The notes under the pieces are model-generated. The model searched no databases and was not told the origin of the DNA. It saw only the letters and a program-made list of their open reading frames with translations. The position numbers and the translations under genes are program-made. From Thalia democratica (taxonomy: Eukaryota), in assembly GCA_965202585.1 (NCBI GenBank), contig OZ241830.1, positions 39,122,001-39,186,000 of the forward strand: a DNA stretch of 64,000 bases, in the 5' to 3' direction. Within the stretch, counting starts at the first letter, position 1. Every line of letters starts with the position of its first letter. Positions 23,451 to 37,436 of this stretch are shown piece by piece.

Positions 23451-24287
23451 AAAATTAAAAACTTTTTATAATAACTTATAATTATGTTGCTGAATTCAAA
23501 ATCTATTGAATAAGCCGCAAATAATAGTTTAACCAATGATTTTACTTCATAATACAGTTATTAATATAATAAAGTTATTTTTACCCTAATAATAATCTAG
23601 TAAAACAATATTTAGATCTAAAGGTTTGTACATGAGATTTGCTTTTTTAATGATTTCTTAATACAAAGATTAAGCTGAGCTTTTGACTTTTAAATCTTTA
23701 ACTTTTAACAACCGCAAGAAAAAAATCTTTAACCCTGAGTTTTTTAAATATTTTTTTTACTTATATTTATTTAAACAATTATCAATTTAACTTTTAACAG
23801 CTACTTATTACAGTAAAATCAATCATAGGTTCGTTATAGTACAACGTTTCTACCTATCAGCAACGTCAGTTTCAATATTTCGTATAAATAATTTCAAACA
23901 GCAAAAAAAAATATTAAGGCTTAACATAAATTAATGAACTATAATTAGAAGGTAATGTGAAGAATTTAAAAGTAAAATTCAAAACTTAATTAAAAACTGT
24001 ACAAGTTTACAAAAAATACATTATAAACTAATGAAAGCATAACTATGCTGCAACTATGAGTAATTACTTCAAACTAGTCACATTTTAAGTGTCATGCAGT
24101 TAGAAATTTTCAAACAGTGTAAATTACACGACAATCATTCTAAAATAAATGAAAACTGTAGTCACTTTTCTGAACTCAAATAGTTGAAAACACAATATTT
24201 TCTTTATTCTTTGGTTTAAAAATATTTTTTTACAGAATATAATAGCTTAATGATAAAGATTATGTTAAATATGTTTCGTATTGGGTT

Positions 24288-25011
24288 TGAGTTTATTGGG
24301 TTGGTGCAAGAGCTTATAGAGAGAGTAGGACATTTTGTTTTTTTTTCAGTGTTTGAATCTATCTCAAAAAATACACTTTTTATTTTACAAGTTTAAAAAA
24401 ACATGTTCTTAAGAGAATGAACTTTAAAAGTCAGTGTTTTGTTTTTTATATAAACTTTATACTTTTTAAGAAATAAGTCTTTTTTTTCAGTTTTAGTCTT
24501 TAACTATGGTATTCTTACTTAGTCAAAAACATTTTTTAAGAAAATCTGAATTCACTGACTAATAATGATTTTTTTTCTTAAACATAAAAAAATGAATATT
24601 TTAATCTTTTGTTTAAAAATATGGTGCAAGAACTGAGAAACCACAAAAGAAGCTTTAAGTGTTTTTTTAGTTCTCGCACCGTATTTAAAAAAATGTATAT
24701 GAAAAAAGCATTTATTTTATTTTATAATGTTTATTAAAAACATCTTTATTACTCAGTAAATTTAGATATTCTTACAAATGATTTTTTTTTGTCTAAGCAG
24801 AAAGACCATATTTAAAAATCGAATTTGGAAAAACTATAAGTGGTCTATACCTCAAAGAGTATTAAGTTTATATGAAAACAACGACACTGACCAATGTTCA
24901 TTCACTTAAGAATAAAAAATTATAAAAAATAAAAAATATATTTGTATTTGAGATATGCACCAAAACGTCACACTTTTTGTATAAGCTCTAGCATCAACCC
25001 AATAAACTCAA
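24288..25011. mobile_element. Mariner-like foldback element (~720-bp imperfect palindrome)
   Basis: Outer arms 30/33 complementary (TGAGTTTATTGGGTTGGTGCAAGAGCTTATAGA); further nested IR pairs near 24395/24910, 24505/24800 and 24623/24680; TA-TTGGGTTGGTGCAA resembles the Hsmar1/MADE1 TIR. Confidence 0.75.
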
Positions 25012-27799
25012 AAAAAAATATTTGAGATCTATCTTTTAGCTTTTACATTCTGTAAAAAAAATTACTTTAAGACTAAGAACAAAGAGTTTTAAAGTATTGA
25101 ATTTTTAATTAAAGAAGAATAACTTAAATTTTCCCTTAATGTAAATAAATCTAGTTAAATAAATCGAATAATTATTTCAATTACAAAACTATTTAAATTT
25201 AAAACTATTTGAAATTAGTTTTTCATTTAAAATTAAACATAATTCTATTCAAGTTTCACGGCATGTATATAAACAGTTTGAGTGCACGACTATTTAAATT
25301 CATACAACTCAAATCCCTATAACTCAAATTTTCAAACGAATGTTTAAGAAGAATCTTGAATAATTCTAAAAATAGCGGTTGTATATTTATTTAATACCTG
25401 AAACGTTTTTTTTTTACGAAGTTTAAGTTATTATTTTTTAAGAGTTTTCGACTTTAATAACCTTTCTAAAATAGTAATTTTAAATACAATCTTTAAACAA
25501 CTAATATTTTGCAAATGTTTTTTTACTATAATGATCTTTTTTATTAGATCTACCTCCTCTGTTTTAATTCTTGAATATGTACCACTTTTTGATACATGTC
25601 CTCTTAAATTTGTTTTTAAGAATTAGAATTATCGGAATGTGAATTTTTCGAACTTGAATTGCCATATAACCAAACAAATTAAGAAGAAAACACTAAAACA
25701 TTAAAACTACCAAGTTTTTTTTTTCTTCACGAAAAAGCATTACATTTTTTATAACTTAAAAGTATTGTTAAGTATCGAACAGTTTAAACATAAAAAATTA
25801 GTTATCTGAATTTTATAAAAAAAAAATAGATTTCTATGTGTGGTAATAAAATAAGAAAAACTATCTATGCAAAATGTCTGAAATTTTTTATTATTCAAAA
25901 CTATTATGTAACTAATATACAAGGCTTTCATAGTTTGCAGCTAATAACAGTGTTTAGAATCTATGTTAGAAAAAGTTGGTACACTTTACAATAATATCGT
26001 TTCTTATGTTATTTTATATACTAAATACAACTTTAAGTTTTAAGATTTATTTTTAACGTTCTATGATTACAAGTAACGTAGTTAGTCTAAAACCTATTTG
26101 TAAAAAAATAATTTTTGCTATTAACAACAAATTATCTAAAATTATCATGATGAAATTCTAAAACAAAAACTATATTTAAAACCTTAGTTTATGTAGAAAA
26201 TACTTGAAAAAAAATTAAACACATTAAAAAGAATTAATAAAAGATAATACAATGGTACATAAGTTTTTAAAGTTATTTTAACTAGATCAAAGACTATAAA
26301 CTTTTTTTATACAATGGCCCTTCAACATGATTTAATAATGTGAAACATACAATTACGGGTTTTAAATAAAGGCTTCTTACCAAAAACTAGTCATAATTAA
26401 GTTTTGTTTTTAATAAAGTCGAAAGTTTTTTAAATTAAAAATTAAATAAATATAAAAACTAATCAATATATGTAGATTACATTTACAATACAAAAAATAT
26501 GTTTCCCTATTTCTTTGTTATGGTATTGAAAGAATCTTAATTAAATTAAAACTACAAAACATCGTATAATCTACAGTACTATGACAATTATAACCATATT
26601 TAGCAAATTTAATCTAGATTCAAGGCTTATGAACTAAAATCTACTACAAATTATAGTATTAAATTATATGATACTAAAGAAAGAGTAAAGTTTTACATAA
26701 AAAAACTTTAAAATTAAACAAAAAGTTTTAAATTTTCAAAATAAACAAACTTTTATGTCAAATTAATTTTCTTAATATGAATTATATCAAAGTTAATTTG
26801 TGCTTATAACGTCAGCTCTAAAAAAAATTGTTTATAAACAAGATTAAGAATAAATTGATTTTGAGTTTTGAAATTATAAGATTGTTTACAGTTTATGTAA
26901 ACTATGTTATTATATAACGTTTTTAATGTAACGAAGAAAATTTAATTGGTGTTTCTAAATTATATTAAATTTAGATAGTTATAACCTTTTTTTTGTTATA
27001 TGCTTAGCTACTAATAAATCTTGTATGGAACATAAAATACTAAAATTTAGCTTAATTAAATGAATTTTTTACCCTGAAAACTAAAGTCTGGTTTAAGAAA
27101 AAACAATTATTTTATATAAAATAATATTTTGGTTTTTTTATGAGTAATAAGCTCATCAAATAATCAATCATTTTAATTAAAAAAAATGTTTTGTAGTTCC
27201 GACAAGAAACAAATCAGGACTATTTAAATCTCATATAAAGTGACAATGAATTAAATGAAACTAGATTAGATTTTAGAAGAAAAAATGTTAAAATTAATAG
27301 CTAAATATTGATTTAATCACAAAAAATTAAAGCATGTGGTATTTTTTTAATGAGGTGCATTTTATTATAAAAATATTTACCAAGATATTTTTAAATTTTT
27401 AATCTTTCTTAAATAATGATTAGTTGATAATACAGGCTTAAACTTACTTTTAAATAAAACTGTGTTTTACTTTGTTTTATAGTGTTTTACAACTAAGTTT
27501 AATCTTTCTAAAACTTAAAAGAACGAATAAAGTAAATCGGAATCATTTATAAACTGATTGCAATAACTATGTTAGTATCAATAATATTAATGGTATAATC
27601 ATTTGTTATCTTTTTCTTACTTATCATAGATTACTAAAAAAACTCAATCATCTAAAATAAAAGTTAAAAAAAAAAAGATTTGAAAATATGACATCTTAAT
27701 ATAATTTCTACACATTAAACCACATTGTTTATTCACGTTTTCTACTTTTATGTTAAATAAAACAATTTCAATACAAACTCAGCAATGTTTACGTTCAAA

Positions 27800-28030
27800 C
27801 TTAATCAAATATTTCCGCACACACAATCGCCTGCATGCAATTATTTCGCAATTAATTCGGAGAGACATGTGAACATATCCTTTCAAGTTTGACGACCCGC
27901 ACCACAAACACACCTGGTCATTGTTGTTGGTAGCAACTTAATGCCTTGTTACAATCACACTACTGTTCGGTGAACAAAAGTATTATCTCTTTGCAAGTCT
28001 TATCAGTAACAAGTTGTGGAAGTCTTAACG
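27800..28030 (+). repeat. Dispersed repeat family A, copy 1
   Basis: TTCAAGT..GACGAC..CACACCTG..TGGTAGCAA.TTAATGC..ACAAGTTGTGGAA shared with other copies. Confidence 0.7.
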
Positions 28031-31000
28031 AACGAGTTAAGCTGCTCAAATTAGCAGACTTTTTATCTTGACGTCTAAAAATATTTAGAACTTAAATTTT
28101 TATGGTTGTCTTTGGTTGATGTTTGAGCTGCTAGAATTTTAACTGTTGTTTTAGTTTTAATTGAAAATTGATAGTTATAACATAAATGAATGAAGATACT
28201 TCAAAATTTATATACAAAGTTTTAAAAATAGTTTTTATGCTGTTTTAATTTTAAAAAAAGTTAGTGATTTAACATACCTACTCTAATTTATATTACAAAT
28301 TATAAGAAAAAAAAGTCTTCAACTTTCGTACCAACTCTCATGTCTATTGAATAAAGCTTTTTCAACCTAAAAATAAATATTAAATAAAAACTCGACAGTT
28401 GGTATGTAATCTAAAGTTAGGTGTACTTTGTTTAAACATTTCGTTTCAACATAACCATAACATAACACAAATTATTATTTAATAGAAAATGTTTAATTCC
28501 TACTAATTACTTTATATAAAAATTTATAAAAATAAGAGACATACTATCAATTAAAAATTAGTTAAAAGAATGGTTAAAAACCGTTGCTGTCAATTATAAA
28601 TTTGGTTAACAAAAAAAAAAGTAAACAGCTTATTTTTTAGCAGAAACCATAACAAAGATAGGATCGTGAAATTAAACTGAAACTTATAATTAATAAAAAC
28701 AATAAAGTAAAATGAACAAATAATTTTTAATAAAAGCATCTGAATTTCATGGTCTAATTTTAAAAGTTTGAGGTGATAAATTTTAAGCTATTTATCTTAA
28801 TGTTTTAATCAAGTTTATCTGAAGTTTCAATTTGTCAAAAAGCATTAACATTTTATCATAAACAAAAACAAACATTTGTAACTGCACTTAAAAAATAAAT
28901 TTAAAAAGTATTCAAGTTTCAGGGGTTTAGATTGATTTGTAAATTATTTAATTTGTTTGTGTTCAATTGTTTATACACTATGTTGATATATTTATGAACT
29001 AAAAATTAGTTTTTAGTATTCAAATGTTATTATTGATTTTTGACATATATGCTAAACATAACTTAATTAAACAGAAAAAATTTAAAGTATGCTTTTGTTT
29101 AAATATACAATTTAAGCAACTTAACTAAACTTATAGCAATTATTAACAAGTATGTCAATTAAATACTTTAACATAATAAGTTTAACTAAAATCATAAGTT
29201 CAAAAAACAGTAATTCAAAAATGTTTGCTTTAGAAATTGTTTAAGAGACTTTAAATCGTTTATAATAAAAATTAGTGTAAGTAGTTTCATAATATAGTTA
29301 TTTTAATAATAGAGAAAAATGAATATAAAAATAGTAGAATAATTAATTGTGACTGTATTTACTTATACGACCTAGTATAACTATACTACTTTAGATCTTT
29401 AAGCTATTACCTTAAAAAATTAACTACATATAAATAAGTTAAACTATTAGTTTTTTAATACATTTGTAAATAAACTTTGATTGTTAAGTCTAACGAAGTA
29501 AACTTTTTCGCTTTAAAGCTTGATATATTAGTTTTTTTTAAAATAAATATATATAGCTCAAACTAATTAGTATGTTTTAAACTGACAAAAGCAGCCAAAA
29601 TACATTGTAGCATAATAAAGTATGATGAAACAAGCAGATTTAAAACATTATTTTAACTCTAAAACATTAATGTTTAAACATTTCTATTTTAAGTTCGTCA
29701 TCAAACTTTAAAACTTACTTCTTTCAACTTAGTATAAACACTATTTAAGATAAGAAAGTTTCTCATACTAAGTTTGTTTTTAAAGTTTTTCAGTCACAGT
29801 TTTAAGCAAAGAAGAAGTTTTGTTATTTATAGAGTCTAGCTAAAAATATGTTTATACTACTGTTTTAAATTTTAGATAAAATTTTCTGACTGCTTAATTT
29901 TAAAAATATTGCTTGTATTTTTAGTTTACGAGAAAAAAAAAAACTTTTATCATAAACATGGTTAAAGATGAAATCTATTGAAAGTTTAATTTTGCTTTCT
30001 AATAAGCTTTCAATTAACGTTAGAAAATTTTTCAACATAAAAGGTAGTTGAAGTTTTTTTAACATACCATTAAACCTTTAATTTTGATTTAATACTTAGT
30101 ATACTAAATCATTTTAACAGGTAAAAGTTTTCGGTTTTTCACAGAATTTAAATAGTTATTTATAAGTTTAAAGTAATGCATACCGTTGGTTCTGAAGTTT
30201 GTTTTAAAGTTAAGCACGGTAATTTTCCGAAGGAATTTTTTTTGTGCAATTTATACAGCTTACTTTTTTTTTCAATCACTTATAGTATTCTTATAGTATT
30301 TTATAAATCTTTTTTAATATACTTGATTATTGTTTATGGTGTACTTCTTTTAAAGAAAAGTTATAAAAATTTATGAAAGTATAGATTTATATTACATGTT
30401 TTTTCCCGAAATAATTTTTTAGTAATCTAAATTTCCGTTTACAGTAAAACAAATTACTTTTTTTCACACTACTATGTAATTTAAAAAAGCTCTAACTGCA
30501 ACTAACAAATAAACAAAACTGATTTTCAATAAAAACAACAACAAATAATGTTTAGTCATCTGGTTTTAAATGGTAGCTAGGACTTAAAAATACGTTCCGA
30601 ATCGCTAAACAATAAATTTATATCCTTATAGAAGTATAGAAAATGTTAATTAATTGTTTATTTAACTTTTCACAATATAAATGTTTTAAAATGTTCGTTA
30701 TTTTTAAAGATATAACAGAAAAGTCATGGAAATCGGTTTAGTAAAATCAAAAATCAAATTGTTTATTGAAATAAGTTGATAACTCGAATACTTTTTGGTA
30801 ATAAAAATGGAAGCAGTCGAATTTATATCCTAAAACTTTCATATGCTTATATTTTAATATAAAACTTCTTATAATGATTATACTAAGAAGTTTGTGTTAA
30901 TATAAATGATGTGTTCTTCCTGTTATATAGTGTAAATATGCTTTAATTTGTAGAAAAATAGTTTAGTAATTTTCATTTTCGAGCATTCAAACATGTATGA

Positions 31001-31194
31001 ACTTTTTTTATGTATTTCTACATTTTAACTATTTCAAGCAATTTAATCCTATTAAGCTATATTTTGGCTCAAAATTACTTTATAAAAACGGAAAAAAACT
31101 ACTTTGATAGTTCGCACCTTTGTCTTTTTCAGTTCAACAACTGTTTACACTAACAACTTAACAAATGCACATGCTTAAAAAAAGCAATATTTCT

Positions 31195-31410
31195 GCAACT
31201 AATCCAATATTTACCCACACAACAGCCCATACCTGCAGGTTCTTATAATCGAATTAGCTGCGCCGCCTCTTTCAAGTCAGCAGCCAACCGACGACTCGCT
31301 GCAGAAACACCTGCGTGACATTTGTGACAGCATAAAATCATCTCTTTATCGAAATAAATTGTCGTTGGGTGGGCAAATCGTTTCGGTTTGCAACAAGTGG
31401 TGGAAACGAA
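31195..31410 (+). repeat. Dispersed repeat family A, copy 2
   Basis: TTATAATCGAATTAG.TGCG..TTCAAGT..GACGACT..GCAGAAACACCTG..ACAAGTGGTGGAA. Confidence 0.7.
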
Positions 31411-32662
31411 AAAGTAGAAAAAGTAAACTGGCGTGGTTTTGAACTTTTTTGACTAATTCACTGCTTGTCTATTTCAACGCTTTTTTCTAACAGTTTAAAA
31501 ATTACTAAAAAAATTTTTTAAGAAGTTAAAAAACTTAAATGAAAAGTAGTAGATAGATACTCATAAGTTTAATGTAAATTAACACATATTAAAAAAGAAT
31601 AATTTATCAACATTCAAAGATATTAAGTTTTTTTTTAGTCTACAGACAATGTTTAGTATAAGTTAAAGATACTATCTGAGAGCTGATTAATCTAAGACTC
31701 TAAAAAGTCTCAGTTTATAATCTTTACTCTAAAGTTGTTAGCATACAATAGAAATAATAATTTTTAAACAAAATTAAACTAGTATAAACATAAAACAAAG
31801 TTAAATGATTAATTGTTTGAAATAGTTCGCTTTTTTTTTTGATTAAAAAAACGTTTTTAAAACGTTATTTGAACTAAATAAAAACATGATAAAATTAAAA
31901 AACAAAACCAGTAGAACCTTATAATTATTCTATAAACAAGAAATTTATACAAAAATATTTCAATCAAAGTTCTATAATAAGACACTTTAAGTTCAAGCGT
32001 TAACAATGTAAATTTTCTTTACATTCCGATAAAAACCTTAATTTTCATGGTTTAATTTATAATTTTAACGTGACAATTTTTAGGATTTTTTATTCGTAAC
32101 TTAATCAATTTATCTAATGTTTTATTAAGTCATAAAACGTTCTTAAAATCCTATCAAAAGACAAATCATAAACCTCATAAAAGTTATTAAAAATGTTACA
32201 AACAAGTTTCAAGCTTTAAGTTGCTTACTGCTTCATAGTATTTATTGTTTTTTAAACTGTTTAAGATTTTTATAATACTTTTTTATATTTTTGTTATAGT
32301 TTATTGACCGATTATAAACTTCAATGTAATAAAATATCAAAATTAAAATGATTGATATTACCTACATCAAGTTGCTTAAAAAGTATGTTGTAAATATCCA
32401 AAAGTGTTTACAACGTGGAACTTTATCATATCAATAAATATTTTTTTAATTTTCAATTCTCGATTTTAACAGTATAAAACCCTTTTAAAGTAACTAATAG
32501 AACTGATCATCGTAACAATAAGTGTTTACGCTTAATTTTTGTTATTTTAAACACAACGTTACGTAAGGCAGAGTCAAACAAAATATTTTCCCATAAAGAT
32601 ATTCGAGTTTGAGCTACGATCGTATTTTAATGAAATATTTTAAGTTTGACTGTTTCGCTTTC

Positions 32663-32780
32663 ATTGGCAACCGCATGGGCTTTTGTGTACGGCTATCATG
32701 TAAATTAGCCCGCCTTCAAAACCTGGCTGGCGAGTATTAAGCTAATCCGGTTGCTTATAAAACAGCTGCTTGGGTGGGGA
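32663..32780 (+). repeat. Duplicated non-coding block B, copy 1 (promoter/enhancer-like)
   Basis: ATTGGCAA..TTTGTGTAC.G.TATCATGTAAATTA..GTATTAAG.TAATCCGGTT..TTATAAAA.A.CTGCTTGGGTGGGGA, also at 42143-42268. Confidence 0.75.
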
Positions 32781-35700
32781 CTCGCTCGGTACGTTTCAGC
32801 AGCTTTGTAGAAACTTGAGTTGCTGCGCGTTCGTTAGTGACACGAATTGTTACCGAATTTCGAACGATTAAACGTTAACCAACCTTAATTTAGTTTTTTA
32901 ACAGGTTGAAAATTTCAAAAATTTCAGTATTTTTCGTGTTTAATTGTTGCTCAAACTTCAAACTTAACAGAAAAATTTACTCAAACACATCTTACTAAAA
33001 GTAACTTTTATCTTAAAAATTGTTGAAAATTTAATAAATTTTGATTTCTAAAACAAAGTAATCGTAAAAAATTGTTTTAGTAGTTACAAAAGTACAAAAA
33101 GACTTTTTAAATCGCATATTATAAAAAATATTAATTGCGAAGTCTTTTTTAATAACTAAGTTTAATTTTTTACTAGTTTATTGATTTTACATTAGTTTAG
33201 CTATTTATACAAATTTTTAAAAGCGGAATGTTTTTTTTTACTCTACTTTCGTTTAAATATCTTTTTTAGACTTCCATAATTTTAACTATGTTTGCAAAAT
33301 TAAGAAACAACTTCTAACTTGTTAATTAAAGCCTTAATTTAATTCCTATAGTTTAAGAACCATTATTAAGTTACACATAACTGTTTAAAAATTAAAAAAT
33401 ATACTAAGTTTTTCTATCTAACTGAAGTACGAGCAATAATAAACTATAATTAAAGTAAAAAAATATAAGTAATTGATACTTTAATGTGTTTCAAAAGCTT
33501 CATGGTTGTGTATCAGAACGGAAATAGTTAAAAGTCTTTAAATGCTCTGTTTTTGGTCTGCTTAAAATATCTACTGGTCGCTACATGATATGAATTATTT
33601 TTATATTTTTTGAAAAATTAACTGACAGCTTGGTTCCACGGAACGGGAATGAATTTTAAAATTTATTTTTAATGTTTTTACTGCCTTTTTGAGAAAAAAA
33701 AACTTTTCAACCGTAGTCTTTGAATTGTTTATAATCAACCTTTTACTTAATTTTGTTTTATGTAGCGTTTAATTTATTTTTAATAGTTTCCTTAAAACGA
33801 AGTTATGATAAAGTGTTTATCAAATATGTTTTGTCTTTGCAAGTTGAACTTAAAAACATTTTCTAAAATACTTAAACTAATTAGAAAACAAATGGTGTTA
33901 AGCGAGCTTTTTTTAACTACTTTAAATTTTAAATTATATAATTTAACTAAAAGGTCACAAAATTTAAAAAATCTTAGTTGCTATCAACCTAACAAAATTA
34001 AAATTTAACTAAAAAACTAAACATATTTTTTATAAGTTAATACTGCACATTTGATAAATATTTGTAGTCTAATAAAGTGTCCAGTAATAAATCTTTTAGG
34101 CTATTTTTTAGTAAAACACTTTATTTATACAAACAAAAAAGTTAATAAAAATGTCGAAAAAATGTCTAGATCAAAGCTTAAAAGTTTAAAAAGTACACAA
34201 TATAACCAAATGTTTGTGTACTATATGTTTTAAGTTTAAAAGAATGATTTATTAAAGTTCAGTTCAAACAAAAGGTTTGATAGCTTTTAAATCTATTGGT
34301 TTATAATAACTTATGACATAACATACTGTTTTGTGAAGATATACTTGATTGATATACACTGCCTAAAACGTATATTTTAAAGCTACTACAATGTAAACTT
34401 TATTAGTTTTTCTATAACTCATATTTTAAATCTAAAAACAGAAAAAGAATATCTTTAGTTTTTCAGAAACAAAGTTCTAGGATTTTAAACACTTGGTATT
34501 TATTTGCACAAATAATAGTTTTTTTTCATCAACTTAGCTTAACTTTGTTTTGACAGTTGAATGAAAAATAGAAACTTATTGTTATGAAGTATTAGTTTAA
34601 CAATAAACTTATTTACAACTATGTAATGTGAATATTTTATTGCTGTTTTTAACTAACTCGATTATTACACAATTGTTTCGTGAACATAATAACCAGAAAA
34701 AATCAAAAAAGTACACTGATCAAACTAAACATCCATGAAACTGTAATTTTTTGTTGATCATTTGAAATCAATTATCTTATTATCAGCACAAAAAAGCTTT
34801 TATTAATTCATGTTTGATAAATAACGAAGTTAAACTCTTATAAAACGATTAAGGAACGACTCAACTTATTTTGTATATAATTGCTTTAGTAAAAATTTAA
34901 TGCATAAGTTAATTTTGTTATCAATCAAATAAATTTAAAAGATTTGTCAATTTCACTATTAGCCTTGCAAAATTAAAAATAATTTTATCTTACAGACATG
35001 CATCTACATGTAACATAATAATTACTTATTATAGTTATATTCATACTTAATTTTTATGTTTATTTTAGTTTATTTTACTTATTTACAGTAGAGTTTTAAA
35101 AAAATCTAACTTAATCGGGCTAAATAAGACAATGATTTTTGTAAAAACGCTTAATCAAAATCTTAACAAAGACATCGAAATTTAGAACTTTTTAATAAAG
35201 CATAATGGTATTTTGACTTTAACACAATAACGTATATTTTACATATGCATTATAGACAGACAAGTTTAAAAATAAAACAAAATGAAATAAAAATAAATAA
35301 AATAAACAAAATATCTTTAAATAAGTAAGATTGTTTTATTATTTTAAAACATTTTATAACAGTTGCGTAAACCTAAGCAAAACAAATTATTATCTTGAAA
35401 CAGAAAGCTTAGATTACAATAATGTTAATGACAGATTTAAATAAACATTACAAGTTTAATTGTTTTAATGTTTTTCAAATTGTTTCAATGATATATAACA
35501 CTATTTTATAAAATATAATTACTTATCAATAACTTACGAAAAACCTTATCTATATCCTTCAACTATTTTAACTTTACACTTTTGAAGTTTTTTTCTAGTT
35601 TTGGTAAAATAATCAATACAAATAAAAAAAGTAAATAAATATAATAGTTTTTTAGTTGTTCCCCATCAAAATAGTTTTAACATATCTAAAACAAGATATA

Positions 35701-37350
35701 CAAATTTTTCAATAAAACATAAAATTGTAGACAAGTTTTTTCGATAGAAAATAATTTGCAGCTTGCCAATAAAACTCAGAAAAATTAAAAAGCTTGCAAA
35801 AATACCTACTTTGAGTCAGTCAACAAAGTAAACACATTTTTGTTAACTTAGTAACAAATTAGTCAGTTATCTTGTTAGTGCAAAAATTAAGTCTGATAAT
35901 TATCACGTTTCGCAAGTATTGAACGATTAGAGATAACAGGCTTAAAACTTGTTCTCTAATTAACATTTTTCAAGTTTAAGTATTTTCAAGCGTTATTTTC
36001 AACTTCACTGTACTGCACTTATACATTATACAGCTTGTAAGACTAACTGTAAAGTCAGTTTTTTACTCAAGTCTTTGATTAACTAATACTTTATATGCTC
36101 TTTTAAACTGCATCATTAACACTCTTTTTAATAATTTATAAAACCTTTAAATAGTTTTTTCTTTGCTTTCATTAGATTTGAAAGCTTCATTTTGTTTTGT
36201 ATTTTTTTTAAATAAAGGCATTCACCCGGAGATAAACAAAACTAATAAATAGTCGCATAACCTAAGAGCTTAATTTATACGCATCAGAAATTTTTTTTAA
36301 TACATATTTTAAATGCTATTTGTTTTGGAAAAATTATTTTCGTATGACTTTACTAAAATCTGGAAATATAAAATTAAGATTTTTTTAAATAATTACTACA
36401 ACTACTAAGTAAATATATGTGATGTTGTAGTTTTATACATACATTACAACTTAATGTAGTAATATGTTAGTAGTTTTTTTTTTAATACAAAGTTTTTCAG
36501 TTAAATTAATTTTGTGATTACTAGTTACAAAATATTAACTTTTTTTTACAACAAGCTTAGTTAAATTAACATGTTTAAGTAAATATCTTAGTCTAATAGA
36601 ATCGATAACCAGCTGTAAAAGTACTCCGGAAATATACAACCAATATGTTTTGCAATTTGTCAAGCGACTTTGATTCAATTTGTTCTAAAACATAACGTAT
36701 AGAAAGTTAATCAAAAACTACTAGTCTAATAAACTTTTATGTTTTAGTAACTTTTTATGAATATTTGTAGCAAAAAACAAAATTGGCAGTCAAAGTCTGT
36801 TAAACCAGTACAAAACGTTTTTTGCCTTTACATAACTGTTTTGGAATTTTAATACAAAAAAAAAGTATTAAACGTATTGTCACAAAAGTTTTTGAATTAA
36901 AGTGAAAATCTTAATTTATCAAGGATAAAAATCAGGAACAAACAAGTATTCATTCTATAAGAACTTACAAATGTATTTTAGAAGTTCCGAGCTCGTAAAT
37001 ATCAAATACTAACATCTTAAAGTTTTAATAAAGTGATACAATACAACATTTTTTCTTACTCTAAATTTTTAATAATCTGTTAAAATTTGTTTAGTCTAAA
37101 ACTGTTTTAGCAGTTAAAATCAATTATTTAAACAAACTATTTCAATTGAAATAAGTATTACTTTTCTTAACGGTTATTTATTTATATTTCTTACTTTAAG
37201 TTTATAGCACTTCTACTTGGCTGAAACTTTAATTTTTTAGAAATTCAACTAGTATATTATGTTATTTCATCATCGAAATATTTTTAGCCGGTATTTATTT
37301 CGGCCATCATCAACACAATTCGGATGCTTTCGCCTTCGATATAAACAATG

Positions 37351-37436
37351 AAGTTCACCACACGACCAACAATAACAACATCCGAGACAACCTATAACCT
37401 AATCTCGGATGCTGTTGTTGGTCGTTTAGTGAAGTT
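37351..37436 (-). ncRNA. Candidate pre-miRNA-like hairpin
   Basis: On the minus strand: 23-bp upper stem with one 3-nt bulge and a G-U pair, 15-nt loop, imperfect basal stem; no known family recognised. Confidence 0.4.

Noticed and set aside
23501-23514. ATCTATTGAATAAG resembling the Ciona spliced leader
   Set aside because: Two deletions relative to the recalled SL sequence, no GT donor or Sm site after it, and likely by chance in AT-rich DNA.
32781-32895. U6 snRNA-like fragments (CTCGCT.CGG, CTGCGC, TGACACG) downstream of a TATA box
   Set aside because: No ACAGAGA box or AGC-triad context, spacing differs, and the second B copy lacks this sequence; real U6 is far more conserved.
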